Shown here: one piece after another, positions 55,501 to 64,000 of the stretch
Numbering within the stretch: the stretch's first letter is position 1
Layout: each line of letters starts with the position of its first letter
Source: Pavona decussata
Lineage: Eukaryota
Reading direction: 5' to 3'
Assembly: GCA_977016875.1 (NCBI GenBank)
Contig: CDRNST010000102.1
Span: forward strand, 806,001-870,000
DNA length: 64,000 nt
The notes under the pieces: generated by a model
The model's database searches: none
Seen by the model: only the letters and a program-made list of their open reading frames with translations
Told to the model about the DNA's origin: nothing
Made by a program: the position numbers and the translations under genes

Positions 55501-56764
55501 TGAAAACAAATATAAGAAATTGATGCATCGCGATCCTGTCACCTCACCTCATTGCAACTCTCCAAGGCCTGATAATCCTTATTTCACACCCAGCGTCATC
55601 AGAGGGGCTCTGCAGACCACACTTTCTACCAGCGAAGAAAAAGTCTTGGTCAGTCTCTTATCATGCAATGATGAGTGCTGCCGTTGGGCTATGAAGCACT
55701 CAACCGTCTGATACAAGGATTCACCGAAGGACAATACTAAAGCCATCAACAAACGAAATGGAATTTTTGTAAGCCCCCGTCAACACAGCATGCAGCCGAA
55801 CGATAATTTAGGCCCACATTTGGCTATTGCAGATGTTGTAACTCCACGATCAGTGTTAATCAGTCAAGGATAAAGCAAAGCGTCTTGTTTCTGTTGTTTT
55901 TCTTTTAACAGTGTGAATCGCTTTCTATTAATAGCTCTCGTCTCTGTTTCGTTCTAGAACTTTTTTCGGCTGATATCCCCAATTGCTACCTTGCCTCCAG
56001 AGGGCTGTGGAAATTAACCGCGTCGGCGTTTAAATTGTGCAAAAGAAAACAATCATAATGCGAGCGCAAGAGACCGTGATAACCACGAGTCACGCCAAGG
56101 TTAAGGGTAACACTAGCGTCACTAAATAAATGCATAAAAGAAACGGGATGTTTTTCGGCTAGAAAATGTACGAACGAAGGCAAGCCGCAATCTGCGCACA
56201 CCGCATTTAGAAATAACCTCACTTTGAAGTGATGACTCGTTTTGAGGTTACCCTGTAGAGTCGAAATGATTCATGGTCTGGGACAAAGGAGGGGGCGTAG
56301 TTGCAAATTATTCGTGTTTGTATCTTCTATGACGCAGTGGTTTATTCGAACAAGAGAGGTTATTATTTTGGTTACAAAAACATTCCCTCGAAACAAGAAA
56401 GCGAAAATGTATTTTAAATATATCCACAAAAACCAAAATGGTCTTAAAAACGGCGATTTGTATATTTATTGAAAAAACGCAAATTTGGTGCTTTTGTTCG
56501 GAGAAAAAATCGCAAAAAAAAAAAAAAACAAACGAGATAATTTACATATTTTCCGAATGCACAGTTGTCGGTCGTCATGATAAGCAGCATTGTTATGCTA
56601 ATTCTTAACAATTTCTGGAATGAGGCCAAAAGGGCGCTCAAATCATAACGAACTCTGATCGAACTGTCTTCGAGCGCTCGCTGTTTACATGCGTAAGCTG
56701 TTCGTAACGAACGTACCTCACAACAAAACAAGTTTTGGCCTGTTTGGCGTAGAGGAGGGAAACA

Positions 56765-59700
56765 ATGTTTAAGCTGTGCATCGCTTGCAGTTCGAAGGTT
56801 AGCGAGCTTAAATGATATAAACCTAATATTTATAACAGAAATATTATCGGGGTTTAGAGATTTTGCAGTTTTGCAAACGATCGCATAGGGTTTTCACGTT
56901 CCGGCTCTGGTGCAGTACACTGTGGCTGCCGTGACGAAATGTTGTTCTGTAATCCCTGTAATTGAATTTGAGATACAATTCTATTATACTTCTCCAAAGC
57001 AATTTGATTCCCTTAACGAAATTGTTGCTTTCAAAAGATTTTGTTTTGGTTTGCTTCGGTAAAATGTAGCAGTTTTGTTCGAACACCCCTTTATGTACAA
57101 AGCAAAATATAACGCAATTTCGAAGCGTCGCGGTCGCAATACGTCGAAGCATGTAGGGAAAACCCATCGCATTCGCTCGTATTTCTTTGCCAGTTCAAAG
57201 AATAACCTCTTTGTAATGACAAAAAGCGTACTTGAAGTTCAATTGCCGCTGTACAATTCTTGTACAACCCGATTCAATTTTTTGTATTTAGCGACATGGT
57301 GTAGCGGGACCATTCCTTGTGTCAGTCCCTCGAGTTACGTCGATTTCGCGAGCCCGAAAATTAGGAAAAACGGGGACGTCCTTGTTCCCTGAACGTGCGC
57401 GTAAAATTTGAACGGCTTCTCGTCTTCAACCCTCCACTTTTAAGATTGTAATTTGGAGATACTGAAATTCAGCCGGATCACCAAACGGCAAGATTTTCTG
57501 GATTCCAAATCTTTTATTTTTAAACGGCAACTCCTGCTTGTTAACAATTCCATTGTCTCGTTTATATTTCGCATTCGGTAGGTTAGGTACTTCACCGGCA
57601 AAACGTTCAAAAAAATGACAAATAACAAACACACCAAATTATATGTTATGAGACGCAATCGGTATGTATATTAAGAATTCTTAAGCTTGCCCCGCCGGTA
57701 AAAAGAATTAATATTTCCTAATATTACACCGTAAATAATGATGCTTAAGTATCAGTTTCATTTGCACCATCTTTTGACTCTGTAGGAAGAGTTTTACCCG
57801 TGAAAACTGGCAAATTGTAGAGATTTGCTGATGTTTGCGGGAAACATAGAAAAACGAACATTACGTACCACAATAAAGACAACAAAGTTCTGCTGGAGTG
57901 TCAGATGCACGGGATTACATAACATAATCCTTATTCCCTTCTTCGAGCAAAGGTGAATTCAAAACTGCAAAAACAATTCCTTAAAAATATGGAAGGAAAA
58001 ACAGTACCGCGTGAATGTAAACGAGTCAGAAGCTTTTAAATGAATGATGATAATTTAGGATTGCATCCACGGACTCAAAAGTTAGAACCACCTTGTACAG
58101 CATAACAAATAGTACCGCTTTGATTTGAATGGTTAAACTTTAGGATTTCATTCACAGACTGAAAAGTTAGAACCACACAATGAATGGTACTGAACTGGAA
58201 AATACTCCTCAGTAGCTTTCATGTGAATTGTCACACTGTAGGATTTTATCCACAGACTCAATACTTAGAGCCATCTTGTACAGCCTAATGGACAGCACCA
58301 CAGAAAAGTACTGCGCAGTAACTTTCATTTGAATGGTCACACTTTGGGATTTCATACACAGACTCAGAAGTGAGAACGCCTTTTACAGCATAGTGAGCAT
58401 AACCACAGGAAAGCTTAAGGATTTGTCATGTTTTATTGACAGTATGTTTCAAAAATTTAAACCATAATGCCTAACTCGAAGTTTGACTCTGAGAGTAAAA
58501 GCCACTTTATACAATGTACAGTGTCCCAGTTGCTATGGACCGTTCTATTTACTAAGTCTAGTGTTGTTGCTAGGATACCTTAACAAATGAAATTCATGTA
58601 AAATATGTATGCAATAGTTAATTTAGCGCCGAGTTGAACAATGATAAGTTACGAGAACAAATTAAATCTGTTTTCCTACCGACTATCGCTCCACCGTACA
58701 ATTACTGAACGTTTCTAATTAAAAGCCTGAGTTTGCTCCTTATTTTCCTACATACATGTATTTTCACGATTCTTGAATAGAATAAGGCGTACGTGGTTCA
58801 CTGGTGGACAAAAGAAGCTGTAATAGGGAAAAACAAACAAACAAAAAAACAACAACAACAAAAACCACTGCTTGCTGTGCATTATATACGCAAATATTGC
58901 CGAGGGGTAGTTACCATACTTGATTTACAGGAACTCATTTATGAATTAAGACTTTATTTAATGCCATACTATTCCTTCAACTCCCCTAAACTTTTGTCGG
59001 GTCCCCTGCTAATGGAGGCCTTTTTTTTGTCGTTTATGTTTCCTTATTTTTATTTTTTCGCTTCTGTTTAATTTTCTTTCTCAAAATTTAAGAAGGAAGC
59101 AGAAACGACGAAGAGAAAGCCCTTGTTAGCAGAATAAGTTCATGTTTTGGGAAGGTATCAATGGCCAACTCAAGTGCTGATTTCAAATAACGCATTCACT
59201 TTTATTTTTAAGAAGGCGCGAGCTCGAAGCCAGAGAGCATTGAAAAATTTTAACCGCTTTGTTTTGAGAAATCATGCTATAGAAACTGAAACCAATAACA
59301 CTGTAGAAAGATACTGGTAAAAGGCTTTCATTTGACTGATTTAAGTAGTCACGCTATAGGATTCTGTCATAATAAGCCGCACTTGAGGAAAGTGCGGCTC
59401 ATTTCTTTTGAATATCTCATCCACTCACTCAGACAGAATTATAACCCAAATAACTCCTACAACGAACTGCTTAGTAAGAACATGCAATTTCTATCACCAC
59501 TTGTTTCAATATGTGAATTTCTTGAAAGAAATCTTCGCCGCAAACTGCAGCTGTAGATAAAAAATTGGATCCTCGAAGAACGAACCACAGTGATTTTCTA
59601 AGAATCCTTGACCTTTGCGATAACAGTGGAAGTGCTTTACCACTGCAAAGCCCCATGCTGACAGCAGCCCGTTTACATGCTATTGTTTGTTTAATGCCTC

Positions 59701-62700
59701 GTTAGGTTGCTGCCTCAAGTCGCACCTGTTCTTGTGGTCACGTGTTTTCACCAGAAACCCGCAGGATTGGTGGCAAGCGGTTTTCAGGTGAGTGAGATTT
59801 CGGAGTTAAACTTAGTAAGGCTATCCTCTCAAAATAAATCAAATTTGGAGGGTATAACCATCGATTTTATCGTACAGCCAACAACGTAATCCATATCCAG
59901 TGTTCACAACAGCCACTACGGAACTCGAGACTGCTGCCAGGTGAATAAAACCGTGGACAATTTAACAGGGCCGCAAATAACGGCCGGTCAACGGACAATG
60001 TCCGGTCAAAATTAGGTACTGACCGGACAAATCCTTGGATTGCCGGACATCTTGTCCGGTCCTTTACCGACTCGTTAAGAGAAATTTTAATTTTCAACTA
60101 TTTGATAATCACGAGGGACAGCATTCATGTTTCCGAAAGAAAACACAACGAATTAACTATGATAAAACTATAGACAAATTAGTGGTCGAGAAATTCCCGG
60201 TAGTCGCAAATTTCCACGATGTCATCAAGTCCTGTCGCGACCGCAACGCGACCGTTATTTTATATATTTTACCTTTGGCTAGATAGCATGATTGACTCCT
60301 AAATAAAGTGATTGATTATTTGATTGATTGAATGATCGGAAAGCACCCTCACGAAGAATAGTCTCGCTACACCGAGAATATTCCACGTAGCATTTGTTGC
60401 AAAGTGCGAAAAGGAAACAAACTGACGTTACTTCCGGCACACCCTGCAAAACATGCTTGGTTACTAAGCTTCCTGGTGATTTCATCACTCGATGCAACCC
60501 AAAAATGGAGCGTATAACACAAAAAGTGGAAGAATAAAGTTGTCTTAAAGGGATTCTAAATGGAAGAAAGTCAGCGAGCGCAACAGTTGTACTTGGAATA
60601 AGACGCCATGCATTCAATACAATTACATACAGTGCTGCCGAATTTCGAAACCCTTAGACGATATGAATTAAAGTTAAGTGTTTCTTGTTTAAGTTTACAT
60701 TTCAGTTAACTTCTTTTTTCAAATTAATTAAGAGATCGATTGAACCCTTCAGCTTTAATATGTTCTGCACATTTTACTTAAAGTTCAGTTGTAGAAATGA
60801 TGTGTCGATTGCCAAAGTGTTATATTTAATTGTAAGTGATTTTGCCAGATGTAAAGCAAAACGGACAATTGCGGTTGTACATGTATCCTGCGTAACCGTT
60901 CCACGTACTGAATGTGAGGCTGCTTGTGCAGTAAAGAGTAGTAAAACTATTAACTTGTAATTTTTATTGCCAAACCGACTTGGATTCAGTTGTTTTTTAG
61001 TTATAAAAGGATTACTGTGCAATTTGGTTTCACTATCGCAAGAGTTACGACTGTTAAAATTTGACCGGTCAAAAACGGGTAGTGTTCGAGCAAAAACATG
61101 TTTGACCGGACAACGTGACCGGCGCTTGCCCGTTAGTTATTTGCAGCCCTGTTCAATATCCAGTTGCGAAGCTTAAAATTTATTCCTGCAATTATCGCAA
61201 ATTAATTCTCAAAGTCTTACCTTGCTGGGTAATATTTAGGCTTCCAGTCTTGAATCCTAGCTGAGTTACAGCTCAGCAAAAACGAGCAATTATTGGCATC
61301 AACCTTGTTAAGCATTAGTACAGTGTTTTAGAAGTGTTTCGGCTTCCACTTAGTTACCTCGCACCACTTGGGGGATAGGGCCTGTTTGGAAGCATCACCA
61401 TAATATTGCTTGTTTACCCTTCGTAACCAAATACCAGTTGGAATCATGGCTTAAATGATAAGATTTCTCAAAACAACGTACCAACCGAAGGAGATGGAGC
61501 ATTCCCTGTACAATGCCTCGCCACACTGTACACTTTTCAAAGGAGACGACTGGACTCTAGGGAAAATAAAACAAATGGTACGGAATTTCCCGACGGTGCG
61601 TTCCGAACGGGAAACAGGTCCCCCGAAAATTCCAACAGGCCATTTTACAGTTGTGTGTTTAGTGACCTGGCCTTGGATTGGAAGCGAGGCTGGGGGTGAC
61701 CTTGTTTTGATACAAACCTCACTGCTTTTCATATGTAGATCATACTGTTCTTATTCTAACTAGTTTGCATTTACATATGAAAAGCAGTGAGGTTTGTATC
61801 AAAACAAGGTCACCCCCAGCTTCGCTTCCAATCCATTGCCAGGTCACTAAGCACACAACTGTAAAATGGCCTATTGTGATCCATTCCATTTTCAGAATTT
61901 TTTTGCAAGTGGCGAACACTCAATCCTCATCAGAAAATACTGCATTAACTGTACAGCAATCTAATTGATTCTCTCCCCAAAATATGGCTTTCCTATTTTC
62001 GTCATTTTTTTTTTCTGATAATCAGTATAAACTATCCAGCAGTCAGTTTGAATTGATATGAAACAAATAATCATTTCCTTTGAAGCCTGCGGAAAATTGG
62101 GAAAATCATTAGGGATGTGAAGGGCAAATCTGCCATATTTATAAAGGATTGGACCTAGAGAGCACAGCAAAGCTATTTCTACTTCATCTAACATTCTTTT
62201 GTCCTACTAGGTTACCGACTTGGGACAACAAGGAGGCAATCCTCCAGCACTTTGCGGGAAAGGCAGCAAACTGATCCACTCGCCAAGAAGGTAAGGCTTT
62301 CTTCATAACTCATCTTATTTCCTTCGTTATCTTAGCGCAATATACATTTACAAGTTAACGTTCGATGTAAATCATACACAAATGTATACAATCGATGAAA
62401 AGAGTGGAGAATTGAATTCTCGTTGACCCAACTCACGTGCGTCTGAGAAGATAAAAACGTTGACAAAATCGATAACGTCAACGGATGTACAGAGAGAAAT
62501 GCAGAATCACGCGCAGATGGTTTGTGTATAGGCTAGGTCCACCCTAACGTGGATCCAATTCGAATTTGGAAAGTGTTTAATACATTCTGCTATTTATGAA
62601 GTTGAAGAGTCCGATATTTCTCGCAAGAATCGATATTTTTTCAAGGAAACCTCAGTATCGAGTATTTGGTATCAATATCGGGGCACCCTAAACATGGTTC

Positions 62701-63033
62701 TATCGATACTTTCATTCGTCCTTTTCGATACTTTCATTCGATCTTTTTGTAATAAAATAGGTTAGAAAACCAATGCTGTATCAGAGCTTTAAAAGTCCAA
62801 AGGCAGTTCAAGCGAAAAGTAAGATTACTGTGGAGAAAGCCATCAAGCGAAAGGGACATCACATGTCAAAAGAAAACCATGCTAAAGCGAAAGAGAGAAA
62901 GCTGGAACACATCATGGAGGTGTTGTCTTCACCGGACAGACGTTTGAAACTCTCACTGGCATTAGCCGAGATCAACAGAAGATTGGCAGGTCAGATTCTC
63001 ATCTGGAAGATGTTGCCTTGTCAAACCGGATAA
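56765..63033 (+). CDS. C16orf87: UPF0547 / C16orf87-like zinc-ribbon protein, 155 aa; exons 56765-56797, 59706-59787, 62211-62290, 62761-63033
   Basis: The spliced product MFKLCIACSSK/VAASSRTCSCGHVF...LSLALAEINRRLAGQ matches the family CxxC...CxCG.F N-terminus and ALAEINR C-terminal motif; GT-AG junctions with consistent phases (468 nt). Confidence 0.85.
58030..58412. repeat. degenerate tandem repeat of about 90-105 bp; related pieces at about 11445-11700 and 21345-21700
   Basis: Recurrent TTTCATTTGAATGGTCACACTTTAGGATTTCAT.CACAGACTCAAAAGTTAGAACC-type unit. Confidence 0.75.
59966..61151. mobile_element. 1.2-kb non-autonomous DNA transposon with CAGGG termini (hAT-like), in a C16orf87-like intron
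   Basis: CAGGGCCGCAAATAAC / GTTATTTGCAGCCCTG TIRs; multiple subterminal GACCGG/CCGGTC motifs; no clean 8-bp TSD. Confidence 0.7.
61634..61875. mobile_element. near-perfect palindromic MITE
   Basis: About 105-bp arms AGGCCATTTTACAGTTGTGTG...GCTTTTCATATGTA / TACATATGAAAAGC...CACACAACTGTAAAATGGCCT. Confidence 0.85.
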
Positions 63034-64000
63034 AAAAATGAGATTTTATTTCACTGTCAGTAATGATGAACATGTAGATATGTGATTCATAGAACTATAC
63101 TCTAGTCCATTCAGTCGGGAAACAGCTTCAAGGTACAACTGTTTCGTCTGTGAGGCTAAACTGTTCACACAGGGTACAGAACTGGGACATCTAGAAATGG
63201 GTACCACATGTAGCAGGCGCGCCAGTTAAACAAAGCGCGCGTGTTTTCGGAGGGCGTACGTGTCTTCTAGCTCGCTCCTTGCTTTGAACCTCATTATGAA
63301 AGCAAGGCTTCGTGCATAGTTGTTATTATAAAAATTCATTTTTATTCATATGCAGACAAAACTAATTTTCACATGAAAAGCTTTTCACTTAGCCTCGCTT
63401 TCGTAATGAGGTTAAAAGCAACTTGGAAATGGCCTATATATTAAGGGCGTTTTTCATTCGTCAGAACTGGCCGGCCAGAGAGACCAGTCTGTGAATCAAA
63501 TGCGTCATTTTAAAGGGATGGTGCTGCAAAATCTTGGAAAATAATCACTCCGAAAATGGAACGTGTTATTTGGAGAAATCCGAAGGACTTAGGAAAGAAC
63601 TTATCATTAAAATTGGTGCACTCCGCACGTTTACGAACTGAGCTGTCTGACCGTGCAGTTCTGACAAATGGAAAAGATTACTTTAAGCAAACGAATGTAA
63701 CATATGTATAATTACGAGAACCGAAAAATGGCAACTTTGTTGACTTTCCCAACTGGTTGGGAAAGCAAAAGAGCCTACAGATTCATTTGAAGGAATCAGT
63801 TTAGAATCACGATAGCCAACGTAACTTATCAGTTGCTAGTAACTGATTAGGGTGAGGAAACTGCCGTTGTGTTAATATTTATTTATGTATATAAGTAGCT
63901 ATCGCAACCCTGACATAAGTTTTCAAGGTTCCGCAATGAAAGAGTAGTACCTCAGTTAATTATATCTCTCAATTAGTACGCGCGGTGTGATTGGTGAATT

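Noticed and set aside
53851-56250. Possible gene or divergent transcript between the orphan ORF and the C16orf87-like gene
   Set aside because: Isolated splice-like signals exist, but I could not build a coherent reading frame; a lncRNA cannot be excluded
58030-58412. CRISPR-like array
   Set aside because: Degenerate tandem units without unique spacers, eukaryotic context, no cas genes

Overview
AT-rich, intron-rich animal genomic DNA. The repeat landscape suggests a cnidarian, probably a stony coral (inference). Positions 328-47837 (+) hold 28 exons of one giant gene whose 5' end lies upstream of the window. I joined the exons by hand: all junctions are GT-AG and phase-compatible, giving 17,573 nt or about 5,850 aa with no stop until 47835-47837. 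The first part is fibrocystin-L/PKHD1L1-like (about 11 IPT/TIG repeats, a cupredoxin-like insert, two G8 plus beta-helix units). It continues into 4 Ig-like modules, 7 cadherin repeats, about 3 TMEM132/bacterial-Ig-like modules, a cohesin-like module followed by a dockerin with two Ca-binding loops, a SEA-like module, one TM helix, and a cytoplasmic tail ending in a ubiquitin-like module and a MYND zinc finger. This composite receptor with a cellulosome-type cohesin-dockerin pair is the main candidate for an undescribed system. Downstream are an orphan 259-aa ORF (51801-52580) and a 4-exon UPF0547/C16orf87-like gene (56765-63033) that the ORF track mostly misses. Introns and intergenic DNA contain a 5.8-kb TTAA-flanked Kolobok-like transposon with about 590-bp TIRs and a decayed spliced transposase, Harbinger and Kolobok deletion derivatives, many palindromic MITEs, tRNA-derived SINEs and microsatellites. 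All domain calls are from motif recognition by eye; no searches were run.
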